From Octopus vulgaris (Eukaryota), in contig OX597827.1 in assembly GCA_951406725.2 (NCBI GenBank), positions 22,754,001-22,818,000 of the forward strand: DNA of 64,000 nucleotides. Reading direction: 5' to 3'. Under the pieces are notes generated by a model. The model did no database searches, was not told the DNA's origin, and saw only the letters and a list, made by a program, of their open reading frames with translations. Shown here one piece after another: positions 27,020 through 40,294 of this stretch; the stretch's first letter is position 1, and each line of letters starts with the position of its first letter. The translations under genes were made by a program, and so were the position numbers.

Positions 27020-28429
27020 ACACACACACACACTTACAGACGCATGCACGCACACACACATACCCACACACAGAGAAAGGGAGAGAAAGAAATACAGTCG
27101 TACACTTACACTCGCGCGCATATAAATATTCATAAACATACTTGTAACCATGTATTTATGTATGTATGTACGTCTTACGTATGCGTATACTTGCATATGT
27201 GTGTATACACGCGCGCGCACATACACGCACGTACATACACACGCTCGCACGTACGAACACACACACACACACGCGCACACACATGCACGGTTGGGTAGCT
27301 ATTTACAAACGGTTCTCTAAACGAACAAATTGAATAATGAATGGTTTTCTGAAGAAAACTAAACTCGCATAACGAACTGAACGAAGAACGAACAACGAGC
27401 CGACTACTCACTCGTATAAAAGATTGGGAGCACATTCGTTCAGCGAGCTGAAATTCGAGCAACAAACTTTGAATAGACTACACACGCGTACAAATGTTGG
27501 AAGCGTATATGCGAATGTTACACTAAATGAAAAAATTATTTAGCGAATAGGTTCTGGAAAAAAATATTTTCAGCCATCGAGTTGAAATTTGAACAACGAA
27601 TCACGATTAGACTATGGTCACGTGTTAGTGTCAGAATGTGAGACAGAAGCGGTTCGTTGTACGCATGACATAGAGCAGCTGTTCCCAACCTGTGGTCCGC
27701 TGACCCCTGGAGTGGGGTCTGTGAACTAAATTAAAAATTGCATATATATATGTGTGTGTATATATATATATATATAGCCCCTACACGCAATTTTTTTCTC
27801 TCCTTGTTTCTTTTCTGTGTATCTTTCTGTCGAAGAGCGTAGGCTCAAAACGTAAAAGACTTGTTTTATTTCTATTCCCGAGCGCCATACTAATACATTA
27901 TTTGTTTGTACTCCACCTGCCTTCGTCTTTTGTTTATTTTCGTAAACCTTCCGTTATATATATGTATGTATGTATATATATATTTGTATTTTTTTCTTGC
28001 ATTTTATTGTGCAGTTCTTTGTTACGTCCCTTTTTGTGTTACATTTTTTTCTTGCTTGTTTTACCCCTCTGCGAGGTTATTTTATTTTAATTCTCTCGCA
28101 GGAAGGCCTAGCATTACCGGTCGTGTCCTGTCTTGCTTTCGAAACACGCTATGTCTGCTAGTGACAGCTGATGAAGGGGATTTTTCCTTGTGTAGCATGT
28201 CCTGTACCTCGTTTTTCTGTTGTACATTATGTTTTTCCCGTTTTCGTTCTGTTCCACGTCTCTGTCCTTCTGTTGTAACAAAATGGCTTTTCCGTTTTCG
28301 TTTCTGTTGAGTTTTACGTCTTTTTGTGGTGTCCTGTACGTATATATATTTATATATGCATGTATATATACATGTAGATGTCGGTATGTACATATATGTT
28401 TGTATGTATGCATATATTTTATTTATTAC

Positions 28430-28469
<40 letters not shown>

Positions 28470-29266
28470 CAAAATGGGACAAGAACGCAAAACATCCAGA
28501 ACACGATACAAAAAGCACGGCTGGGTCATTCGAAGCCTTTAATCTTTAGTCAAGAACCGGATCATTCTCGCAATTTCGGCTGATTAATCTTGAGATTGCT
28601 CCAATCTGGCCAGCCCCAAGGAAAAACTAAGCTAAGAGCACTAGATTCCTTGGAAAAGTCGTTCGTGCAAATATGGTTGTGAGATCGCTGACTGGAAGTC
28701 CAAATGTGTCCTCTTCTCAAAACAATTATTCACGAAAGGTTTTGTTTTAATCTGTTGTTGAAGCTTCGTGATTGGTCTCATTAGAGAGGAGACATCGATG
28801 GGGAAGATGGAGAGAGAATAACATCTGTGAGGACGACAGCGACGGCGACACCGCCCGAGCTATTACTATTAAGTTAAGCTGACAGGATCTTAGGTCAATA
28901 CGTCAGCATTGTTTCATCAATACAACAGAAACGAACGTTCACAGTGCATGGCAGTGTCTGGACATGCTGAAAGGACATTTTACATTTTGCTCCATGGCAA
29001 AGAAATACAAATCGATTGTTCCAATTCATAAATAAATAGAAGAACGGATGAAACTAGAGCAAAACTGTATCATGTGATTATTAATATTGATCATGTCATC
29101 GATGACAATGACGACGAACGGCTGTGGTGGTGATGGTGGTGGTGGTGGGGAGTGGTATGGTGGTATTGGTGGTAGTAGTGGTGGCGGCGGCGGCGGCGAT
29201 GTTGATGACTTGAATGTGAAATGTGTGCGCGTGTGTATGTATGTGTGTATGTATGTATCTATGTAT

Positions 29267-29305
<39 letters not shown>

Positions 29306-29478
29306 GATATACCTACATATACTAGAGTAGCTGGCGGTGGGAGTAAGGGTGGTCCGCCTCAGGCGGCACTTTTGGGTCAGCTGTCGGCAATATGTGGGGG
29401 TTTTTTTGTTGGGTCCGGAGGCGGTAAACAGAAGGGTCACCCCGAGTGACACACACTCTAGTTACGCTAGTGCATGCA

Positions 29479-29509
<31 letters not shown>

Positions 29510-29533
29510 TTATAGAGATAGGGAGAGAAATGA

Positions 29534-29600
<67 letters not shown>

Positions 29601-30186
29601 GAGTTGTATTGAGTTAAAATAAAGTAGACTTGCAACATTCTGTTGCTCGTTAGGAGGGGAAAAACATTAAGAAAATGTCTGTCTTTACTCGTTGACGATA
29701 AAAACTGCCTTTGGTTGAACTATAGCCGAACAGATCCGGTAATGTTTACTTATATCTTTTCTCTAAAGTTATGAAAGACAACTGGAAGCGCAACAACTGA
29801 AATGCTGCCGACTCGCAGTACCATAAACTTTTTTTTTTTTTTAAATAGACAAACAGACAGACAGGACGACTCTAAAAATAAAAATACTAATTACAGAAAA
29901 CATATTTCTGTATAATAAGTGATTGGTGTAGTTGTGTACGGATTTGTTACACGCAAAAGTAGGAGTCTTTCACACTTTCATTTAATCTCTTCCTGAATGG
30001 TTCGATCCTTGTTCGGGGCACTACCTACTTTACCATGGGTCATTTCATTACCCATTCCACGGCAGTTTTTGAATTGCCTTAACTGTCATTAGCTTCGAAG
30101 TGTTTTATGCCCCCAATGTCTCCTGACTCGTTTGGTAGCAGCGTTTTTGTTTTTTTACATCTCGGACATTGTTAGCAAATGAGAAT

Positions 30187-30492
30187 ACTGGCATTCCGTC
30201 GGTTGCGATGGTCGAGTGTTCCATCTGATCCGATCAACGGAACAGCCTGCTCGCGAAATTTACGTGCAAATGGCTGAGCACTCCGCAGACACGCGTACGT
30301 AGCTTCAGGGAGACTCAGCGTGAAACAGAATGGGACAAGGCTGTCTCTTTGAATTTGAAGTACAATTCATTTTTGCCAATTGAGTGGACTGGAATAACGT
30401 GAAATAAAATGTCTTGCTCAAGAACACACCGTGCCTCCTCATATTGAACTCACGATCTTTCAATCGGGGGCCAAGCAACCTAAGCCACGTGC
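30187..30492 (-). mobile_element. tRNA-derived SINE family 4 (CORE-like); copies at ~20470-20800 (+), ~31575-31710 (+), ~33085-33362 (-), ~45040-45352 (+) and ~54205-54450 (-)
   Basis: GTGGCTTAG(T)GGTT head, B box, and GTG(T)CCTTGAGCAAGACACTTTATTTCACG central motif shared across copies. Confidence 0.75.
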
Positions 30493-30580
30493 ATTTATCG
30501 ATAAAGCTTCCTCAGGTTTTGAATCTTTTACAAATCTCATACGTTTCTTTACCCCCACCCACTAAGATATTGATTTAGCT

Positions 30581-30962
30581 TTAGCAGGCCGGGCGAAATG
30601 CGTAGCCATATTTCGTCTGCCGTTACGTTCTGAGTTCAAATTCCGCCGAGGTCGACTTTACCTTTCATCCTTTCGGGGTCGATAAATTAAGAACCAGTTA
30701 CGCACTGGGGTCGATATAATCGACTTAATCCATTTGTCTGTCCTTGTTTGTCCCCTCTATGTTTAGCCCATTGCGGGTAATAAAGAAATAGGTATTTCGT
30801 CTGTCTTTACGTTCTGAGTTCAAATTCCGCCGAGGTCGACTTTACCTTTCATCTTTTCAGGGTCGATAAATTAAGTACTAGTGAAACACTGGGTCGGTGT
30901 AATCGACTATTCCCACCCCACCCATCCGACAAATTCCCGTCCTTGTGCCTATAGTTGAAAGA
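30581..30962 (+). mobile_element. SINE family 1, dimer
   Basis: Same internal junction at ~30791. Confidence 0.8.
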
Positions 30963-31995
30963 ATTATATTCCAATCGAAATGCAGTTTTGACATTAGCGT
31001 TACCCATGTCCAGAACTGTTTGCTTTTTAACACCATACGTTCCACAAAATTTTGCCATACAAGCATCAGCCCTAAATTTTCTTCAAAGTCCCAGTTTTCA
31101 TTTCACAGATGGAGGAGAACATATTTCTTTCTTTTTTTCTTTTGATTATTACTAAAATAGGAAAATGAAAATGCTGCAAATCACAGGAATATTTATGAAA
31201 ATTGTCAAATAACATTAAGCTGTGCCGCGTAATTGTGGCGGTTATTTTCCCGGAGTGCACTGTGCTACATCGCTGACTCAGCTAGTGTTGGTATAGTATG
31301 AACAGAAAAGAAACAGAAACCATTTGGTCAGTGTAATCTGACGTTATCCTCTCTTCTGAATGCGTATTATTAGATTCGAAAACAAATTATAATCAGATTC
31401 TAACAAGAAGAACAGAAATATTATAAAGAAAACCTACAGAAGCTAATATATTTCCAATGAATTCCTATATACGAACAATTCTCATTTCATCACCAGCCGT
31501 TGACAGATAGAAAGCACAGGCTTTCTCACTGCGGTTTTGTCACCATGAAGCTTGTGGCAATCGTTCTTTGAAGCCGTGTGGCTTAGTGGTGAGGGGTGTT
31601 CGGCCTACGATCGTAAGATCATGAGTTCGATATTTAACAATGTGTTGTATCCTTGAGCAAGTCTTTTTTTTTTCACGTTGCTCCAGTATACTCAGCTGGT
31701 AGCAATGAGTTATATCAGTAATTCGAATGGTTAGCAGCCATGAGAATAGCGCGATTGTCACCATGAAAATAGTTGTGGTGGGCCAGCCGTAATTGCTAAA
31801 CCAGTTAAAATGTCGTAGATTCCAGTAGTTTATAACTGTTGCAGCTAGTTTTTGTCAAAGACCAACACAGAAAACATTGAGTGCAGTAAATAAGGCTTCT
31901 GTTAATTGGTTCTGAGTGTTGCTAATTACTTCTACATGCAGCCCTAAAAAAACACTTTTATTCACCAGCATCAACCACGACTGCCACAACGACAG

Positions 31996-32345
31996 TGGAG
32001 GCGCAATGGCCCAGTGGTTAGGGCAGCGAACTCGCGGTCGGAGGATCGCGGTTTCGATTCCCAGACCGGGCGTTGAGTGTGTTTATTGAGCGAAAACACC
32101 TAAAGCTCCACAAGGCTCCGGCAGGGAATGGTGGCGACCCCTGTTGTACTCTTTCGCCCCAACTTTCTCGCACTCTTTCTTCCTGTTTCTTGTCTCCGAC
32201 TTCCTACGCAACCGCTGAGCCTGGATGAGCAATCATCCATCTGTCGATGCTCTCGGTGTCGGGGGTTGACCTGCTTTCTCTTCTGCGGGTCTTACGAATA
32301 GCAGAGGACCACGTTTCGGACTTCTCCCATCTTGCGAGCTCTGGG
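31996..32345 (+). mobile_element. tRNA-derived SINE family 3
   Basis: A box TGGCCCAGTGG, B-box-like GTTTCGATTCC, body shared with other copies. Confidence 0.8.
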
Positions 32346-32440
32346 ACGAAGATGGTTCGCTTAACAGCAACAGCAGCCACAACGACAACATCATTATCTC
32401 ACCTCATATGTTTAGCAGGAAGAATATAGCCAAGGAGTGA

Positions 32441-32822
32441 AGGCGAAGGGAGCTGGCAGAATCGTTAGGACGCCGCGCGAAATGCGTAGCCGTAATTCGT
32501 CTGCCGTTACGTTCTGAGTTCAAATTCCGCCGAGGTCGACTTTGCCTTTCATCCTTTCGGGGTCGATAAATTAAGTACCAGTTGCGCACTAGGGTCGATC
32601 TAATCTGTCCTTGTTTGTACACTCTGTGTTTAGCTCCTTGTGGGTAGTCAAGAAATAGGTATTTCGTCTGCCGTTACGTTCTGAGTTCAAATTCCGCCGA
32701 CGTCGACTTTGCCTTTCATTCTTTCGGGGTCGATAAATTAAGTACCAGTTGCGTACTGGGGTCGATCTAATCGACTGCCCCCTCCCCAAAAATTTCAGCC
32801 CTTGTGCCTAGAGTAGAAAAGA
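32441..32822 (+). mobile_element. SINE family 1, dimer
   Basis: Same junction at ~32658; TSD AGAATATAGCCAAGGAGTGA. Confidence 0.85.
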
Positions 32823-33413
32823 ATATAGCCAAGGAGTGAGCAGGACAGGAGGGGGTGAATGAATTCGTAAAGTAAGGAACTAAAGGTTAATCAGTTGATA
32901 GGGGTTAGAAAGAAAGGGAATATTTCTGAAAGGGATAAATAAGGGAATTATAAATACGATGTGTACAAGTGAAATGTTGCTCACCTTTGTTCTTTGTTTT
33001 CCTTACACTCCTTTCGTCCTATCATCATCCTTCCACTGTGGTGCAGTTACCTGAGGTGTTTAGGGCTTTCTTAGAACACTGGTTCTTCGTCGGTAACAAC
33101 GACGAGTGTTCCAGTCGATCCGATCAACCGAGCAGCCTGCTCGTGAAATTAACAGGCAAGTGGCTGAGCGCTCCAGACATGCGTAACCCTTAACGTAGTT
33201 CTCAGGAAGATTCAGCGTGACACAAAAGGTGACAAAGCTGCTGGCCCTTCGAATTACTGGTACAACTCATTGTTGCCAGCAGAGTGGACTGGAACAACGT
33301 GAAAATAAAACTCACGACTTTACGATCGTGAACCGAATACCCTAACCACTACGCCATGTGCCTTCAAAGAGCAATTGCCACAAATTACATAACAGGAGAC
33401 AAAAAAGTTGTTC

Positions 33414-33943
33414 ACATGAAGTTCAGTGTCGTAAAAAACAAAATGAACATAAATTGCGCCAGAAGTCTCGATACTGAAACCCCAAAACTTCAGAAACTTC
33501 TGATAACAAAATGAGCATTTCTAAAATAGCAGTTGAGGTACACCGCTGCAACAATATCACGTGAAAAACCACAGGGATGCGTTTGATATCCGACGGCTTC
33601 CTGGGTTAGTTTATGTCCCATATATAGACGTGAAGTGTTGAGCCATTCTTTAAATCTTCTTTGATCCAATGACGAGAGAATCTGTACAGACTTTGGAAGG
33701 GCCGTGGATGCTCGCCAAAAAGAAATTCGTGTAACAATGTTGAATGACAAATGCTTTGTCTACGCCGTATCTGTATGAGCTTATGAGGCAAAATACGTTC
33801 CGTGACAATGAAAAAGTTATACATACGATCTGTGCATCGTTTTCATGTTGCATAATTATTATGAAATTATGTGATTTTCCTTGCTGTCACTTTCAATTTC
33901 TGTTGCAATTTACTTTCCCTTTTTCATGACACTGAACTGCATG
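33414..33943. mobile_element. Internally deleted TIR DNA transposon, possibly Tc1/mariner
   Basis: CATGAAGTTCAGTGTCGTAAAAAA is mirrored by TTTTTCATGACACTGAACTGCATG. Confidence 0.5.
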
Positions 33944-34219
33944 ATTAGCCAGAAAAGCCAGTTTTGCTTTATTACCATTGGTTATATCATTGACTGGTTT
34001 TAACATTTTTTATGAATTCCCTATCGTTGCTGGGTGTGAGGTACTCAAAGCGCGTAACTATAATATACAGCCTTACAAACGCATATGCAAACAGGGTAGC
34101 AGATCAAGACTGGCAGCCATTTTCTTATTCAGATTTCGTCCGGTTTATTCTTTATCCAGCTTAACAGGATCCACTTTAAACAGGATGTACTAAATAGAAA
34201 GACAAGCAGGTAGATAGAC

Positions 34220-34291
<72 letters not shown>

Positions 34292-34867
34292 GGATGGATG
34301 GATGGATGGATGGATGGATGGATATAGGTATGTATGTATCATATATGTACAAAGAAAGAGAGAGGGAGGAGAGGGGAAAGAAAGAGAGAGGTGGGAAATA
34401 GCAGCTGTTTGAGTAACAGCTGGAGAAATATGGTTTAAGAGAGAGAGAGGGTGGTATTGAGGAAAAAGTGGAAAATGTACGTGAGCGATGGGAACAGATT
34501 GACACGGAAAGGGAGAGAGAGAGAAAGAGAGAGTGAAAGGAAAATAGAGAGCCTGTGAGAAGAGAGAGGAAGGGGAGGAGAAGTGAGTTGTTTTGACGAA
34601 GTGACTTTGAGGTGTTATTCTGAGGGTAACAGTAAATAAATTAGGTCATTTTGGTATGGTGTATTTCACACGTGTACATCATCAAATTGTCAAGTCTTTC
34701 ATCCTACCTTGTCTGTGTGAGTTTGTGTGTTTACGTTTGCTATCCAAAGGTATTTTAAACCAACACTTATAAACTTTTATTTATAGCTTTTTCAGCTTCG
34801 AGTTTCATCGTTCCAAATAATAGTTCCTTCTCATTCTCTCGAAATCTATGAATTCTTACGACGTCAT

Positions 34868-34898
<31 letters not shown>

Positions 34899-34900
<2 letters not shown>

Positions 34901-35240
34901 CGCAGGCGTGGCCGTATGATAAGAAGCTTGCTTCCCAACCACATGGTCCCGGGTTCAGTCCCACTGCGTGCTACCTTGGGCAAGTGTCTTCTACTATGGC
35001 CTGGGGCCGACCAAAGCCTTGTGAGTGGATTTAGTAAAATGGAAACTGATATCAGTGTGTGTGTGTGTGTCTGTGTTTGTTGGTGTGTTTACGTCCCCGT
35101 AACTTAGCGGTTCGTCAAGAGAGGTGATAGATTACCGATAGTACTAGGGTTACAAAGAATAAGTCCTGGGATCGATTTGTTCGACTAAAGGCTGTGCTCC
35201 AGCATGGCCGCAGTCATATGAGTAAAACGAATAAAAGAAA
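34899..35240 (+). mobile_element. tRNA-derived SINE family 2
   Basis: Homologous to 4717-5095. Confidence 0.8.
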
Positions 35241-35269
35241 ATATATGTGTATGTGTATGTGTGTGTGTG

Positions 35270-35321
<52 letters not shown>

Positions 35322-35694
35322 ACACACATTGGTGATTAGACACACGAAAGAATGGCAGACTCTACACATTTAGTAGGAGCTACTATAATTATTTAAAACT
35401 GTTTGAATCGGGACTCATGTATCTTAAAACCTCAGAAAACAGTGTTATTGGGGACAGCTAGTATATAGGAAAGTTCTTGGTGAAGAACGATGTTTGGGAT
35501 TTTTCTTTTCCTACAGTTTACTCTTTATGTAAAGGCCACAAGATCGGGGAAGAATGTAAGTCGATTTCCTCAACTGGTACTTATTTTATCGACCCCGAGA
35601 GGATGAAAGGCAAAATCGACCTCGGCAGCATTTTTCCCGGCGTGCTAACGATTCTGCTAGCTCATCGCGTTGGTAACAACAACAACAACAACAA

Positions 35695-36282
35695 TAATAA
35701 ATGCCCTGATGCAGTACCAGACACTGGCTCTCAGCTTCTGATCTTAACTGATTGGAAGAAGGGGGGGGGGGGAGTTGTTTTGACGAAGTGACTTTGTGAA
35801 GTCTTGGTGTAAAAGATGGGCTACAATAAATATTCTGTTCAATATCACAGATTTGCTTGTCAATTGTTTGACCTTAACCAGTTGGGCATGTCCCTTAGTG
35901 GCTGACGATATGTGCATCTCTGATCACGAGCAAAAGTAGTGGGGGAGCATCATAGCCATGTGTTCCGAAGAATTCTTTAGAGTTTAAATAATTCACCTCT
36001 GGAAATATGGGTATTTCGTTCAACATCTTTAAAAATCCCTTATTCAGGGACCTTTTGAGCAGGATGGGCTACTCGACCTGAAGAAAAAAATTCTAACTGG
36101 GTCCCACCTGCAAGGTCATACGCTGTTTATCTTGATATGAGATCCCCCATGTCGTGCACATATGGTTGTGATGCTTGTGCCTGGTGTACCCTTATCAGAC
36201 AGGTAGTCATCATGGGTATTTTGGGCTTCGTATATTTTACCCCAGTGTCACTTTCATGGCATGCTCTGTTCTCTCACTCGAT
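35695..36282. mobile_element. Non-coding element bounded by (AAC/AAT)n tracts, possibly a non-autonomous Dong/R4 partner
   Basis: Block of balanced base composition sharply bounded by AAT repeats at both ends; family assignment is inference. Confidence 0.35.
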
Positions 36283-36360
36283 AATAATAATATGTGCGTA
36301 TGTGTGTGTGTGTGTGTGCGTGCGTGTGTGTGTGTGTGTGAGAGAGAGAGAGTGCGCGCG

Positions 36361-36399
<39 letters not shown>

Positions 36400-36954
36400 G
36401 TAGATAGATAGATAGATAGATATAAACAGATGGATAGATACACACACACACACACATACACACATATTGCCACATCTACTTAAATGGCCAGTCTAGGAAG
36501 GTGGGAAGGATGTTAATATAATCCAAAACAATTAATTTCTCGAGTTCTTCAACTCTTCCCGTTTGTGTGTATATGTGTGTATGTGTGTGCGTGTAAAGTG
36601 TTTATAAATGCATAAAAACGAACACTATCTGAATGTAGAATCTGTTACTGGCAACTTCATTGTTAGTGACTTCGAAGTCATGGAGGGCAGCTTGGTCAAG
36701 CTGTCAGTTTCACCAAATAACGAAGTTACTTTCAATGAAATTCACTATAATAATAATATTGATAACATCTAAAGGAAGATGCCTCTTCTCCATTTACCTT
36801 GGTGAATGTAGTATTGGCCAGGAGGAATTTATGTCATCAGACGGTATCCAACGATCACCGGGTGTTTCGACGCTGAACCATAACGCATCGCGTTGTTGGA
36901 TCAGCAGAGGTGGCCATATCACTGCTCATCATCTCTTCCTTGTTTCCAGCTTTA

Positions 36955-36959
<5 letters not shown>

Positions 36960-36995
<36 letters not shown>

Positions 36996-37870
36996 CTCCA
37001 TATTCTGCAAGAGGCTCTTTCTGCTGCCTCTCCGGTCCTCTGCACAGCCCCCACCTTCGCCCTATTCCTCTTACTCCACTGACTATCATCATCCTCTCTA
37101 CTAACTGGTCAGGCAATCCCCTACTACCAACCTCAACTGCGAGTAACCATAACTGCCATCCCTTCTCCCAGCAATCTTGTAAAAGGTTCTGGTACTTGGC
37201 ATGTTCCCATTCAAAGGCTTGATCGTATCTTTTTACCCATATGACTGTAAGTTCGATCAGGATTATTTTTATGGCTTTTCTTGACCACAAGACCGCATCT
37301 GACCCCAGAATTGTCTGAATGACGTGGCTAAACTGCAATCTTTTCTCCAGGTCTACTTTCAAATCCCATGGTTAGCCCCCATAGACTGTCCTTTTTGTTG
37401 TTGTCAGTCTTTTCCCTTTCCTTCACCAACTTGATTTCTGGTGCTTTTTTCCTCCATTGCTGTTGTTATTTCTTGAGTATTTCCTATTCCAGGATGTATG
37501 TGAGTGTTGCAAGCACCTTGTTAAGGGGCCACTTGTATCTCTTTTGAGTAAGTGCTGTTTTGCACCCTGACAAGATTTGTGCGAGGGTGCCCCTTTCTCT
37601 ACAAAGTCTGTTCTGGCGGTCCCCTTTCACATATCATCTGTGCAGGTTTTTGGGGGTTAGGAGTGCCTCATACAGTGCCCGCAACAGGAAGGAGATGCAA
37701 GAAGGTTTTAGTCCTTGTGAACTTCCTCTTGGGGAGGTTCCCATGTATTCCAAGCCCCCTGAGATACCAGCTCCACAGCTGTTGACCGTCTTTCTTCCAG
37801 CTGGTGCGGTACTTCTCCCTGGATCATGGTCCTCTTTTCCTTGGTATCTCTCTTCTTCCATTTCCGACAG
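36960..37870 (-). mobile_element. Decayed RLE non-LTR retrotransposon fragment, HERO-like
   Basis: SDAVLWS, LIELTVIW, KYQNL, GWQLWLLAVEVGSRG. Confidence 0.7.
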
Positions 37871-38204
37871 CTAACTATTCCAGTTCAACTAACACATACG
37901 AAACCTACCTTCTCTCTCTCTCACTCTGCCTGAAATTCCGCTGCAAATGCTGTGTATCAATAGTTTACAACTGATACACCGGGCGGAGTTCCTGCCAACT
38001 CCATTGAGCATGATTCTTTTTACTCCCCACGTCTTCATTCCTGCAAGCAAAAAATGTTGTCTTTGCTGGATTTCCTTTGAGGCCTGTAATTCTAGGTCGT
38101 CTTCTCGGTTTGGAATTTCTTCACAAAACCTTTGACCGATTAAGCAACGAGAACTAAGTCATTGGCATATAGGAGTTCTCGTGGGCTACCATTCTTTAAC
38201 TCTT

Positions 38205-38248
<44 letters not shown>

Positions 38249-38439
38249 CATCAGGATAGCTTATGAACTTGGGGAGATGTATGAAATAAGAGCTGATGCA
38301 GATCTCTCCCCAAAAAGCATTGGTAAATTTCATCTATCAGAGCAAAACATACAGAATGTATCATTTCACTGAGAAGGTTGTGCATGGGTACTTGGCAGGG
38401 AAGACCCAATTTACAGAGGGAATAAACTATGTTAAAAGC

Positions 38440-39070
38440 TTGTCAAGGAGTACCGACAACTTTATACAATTCTAGATCAAGAGATCTCCCACCAAGGACC
38501 TTGCAGCATAAAAGGCAGAAGACGCAGACAGACAACAAATGTAGACTGTGAAAAACAAAAACGACATCAACCAAATTATTATCAATTGCAAGAGAAGAAT
38601 GTCTTCCAGCCATTATCTTCCCATGAAGCCGGATGTGGCAGCCAGAACAGTCAGGAACAGGATAACAAAAAGAAAACATCAACAGACGAAGTTGATTACA
38701 TTGAGATCGATGGGTCACAGGAATATTGGTAAAACGTAAGAATTAAAACATCCGTCAAGTTACAACGCAACCAACCAGATATTGTTGTGTGGGATCACAA
38801 AGAAAAGATATGTTCTGCTGTGGAAATCAGCTGCCCCCCCCCACCGGGCACTAATGTGGTTAGAAAAATACAAACGAAAGAGGGCATCTACGGACCATTG
38901 ATAAGGAGTTTCCAAATCCAGTACCCAAGATACACTTTCTGTTTCATGCCAATTATTACAGGAGCAACAGGATACATGCAAACCCGTTTGGAGCAAAAAA
39001 TGGATGAACTTGCTTTCCTGACGGTACAAATGATCACGACTGCTGAGGAAAACGAAAATCTGTAAGACTT
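38440..39070 (+). mobile_element. Decayed RLE non-LTR retrotransposon 3' fragment
   Basis: DINQIIINC (knuckle remnant), QPDIVVWDHKEKICSAVEISCP, PIITGATG. Confidence 0.7.
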
Positions 39071-39324
39071 AAAGAGTTAATGGATAATGAGCTAAACAAG
39101 ACGCCTTCTTTTAGAACCTAGCGAAGAAGCAATTGGGCTGTTAAAATTACTCTAAATTAAAAAGGAACAACAACAAACGTGTACACACATATGTTCAGTT
39201 GTCAGACGTTTCTGAAGTTCAGCACACGTAACATTGTTTCTTTATCTATGTTCTAGCGCTGGAGTTTTGTATAGTAGAAACCAACTCCTTCGTATGAGGA
39301 AGAGTTCAAAGTACGAGAAATGGA

Positions 39325-39374
<50 letters not shown>

Positions 39375-39510
39375 TCCATGTATATGTTTTGAAACTGAAA
39401 CTTATTCGATTCGAATATCAAGTTACTGCCGGAAATTTGAGTCATCAAATTTCCAGTTTCGGTTTCAAAAAACCTTCCTTTCTCTCACTTTCCTTCTCTC
39501 TCTCTTTCCT

Positions 39511-39553
<43 letters not shown>

Positions 39554-39572
39554 TACACACACACACTCACAC

Positions 39573-39605
<33 letters not shown>

Positions 39606-39922
39606 TGTTTGTGTCGCGAATGCCACGCCGCTGCGAGACACTTCAGTCAACAAACTCACGGTTTCTGTTTCGCTTAACAACAAAAGCAATTTCTTCCACA
39701 TCTACAGAGCACTCATTTGTCATTCAATCGACACAAAGTATGCGTATATTACATACGTATATTACACAAACACATATATATGCACATACGTACAGTCACC
39801 GTACATACATACTCGCGCCCGCTTAAGCTAGACAAGATACATAAACACGGTAAACAAATCCTTTTCTTTCATTTATTTGACATGATTTTTTTCCTTCTTA
39901 GTGATATAATAAGGTTGTTCTA

Positions 39923-40294
39923 AGGCGGCGAACCGGCAGAATCGTTAGCACACCGGGCGAAATGCTTACCGGTATTTTGTCTACCGCTACGTTCTGAGTT
40001 CAAATTCCGCCGAGGTCGACTTTGCCTTTCATCCTTTCGGGGTCGATAAATTAAGTACCAGTTTCACACTGGGGTCGATGTAATCCACTTAATCCGTTTG
40101 TCTGTTCTTGTTTTTCCCCTCTATGTTTAGCCCCTTGTGGGTAATAAAGAAATAGGTATTTTGTCTACCGTTACGTTCTGAGTTCAAATTCCGCCGAGGT
40201 CGACTTTGCCTTTCATCCTTTCGGGGTCAATAATCGACTTAATCCGTTTGTCTGTCCTCTCTGTGTTTAGCCCCTTGTGGGTAGTAAAGAAATA
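39923..40294 (+). mobile_element. SINE family 1, dimer
   Basis: Same junction at ~40155; flanking duplication GATATAATAAGG. Confidence 0.8.

Noticed and set aside
29087-29449. Gly-rich ORF
   Set aside because: It derives from (GGT/GGC)n and (CA)n repeats plus a MITE-like fragment, with no splice or homology support.
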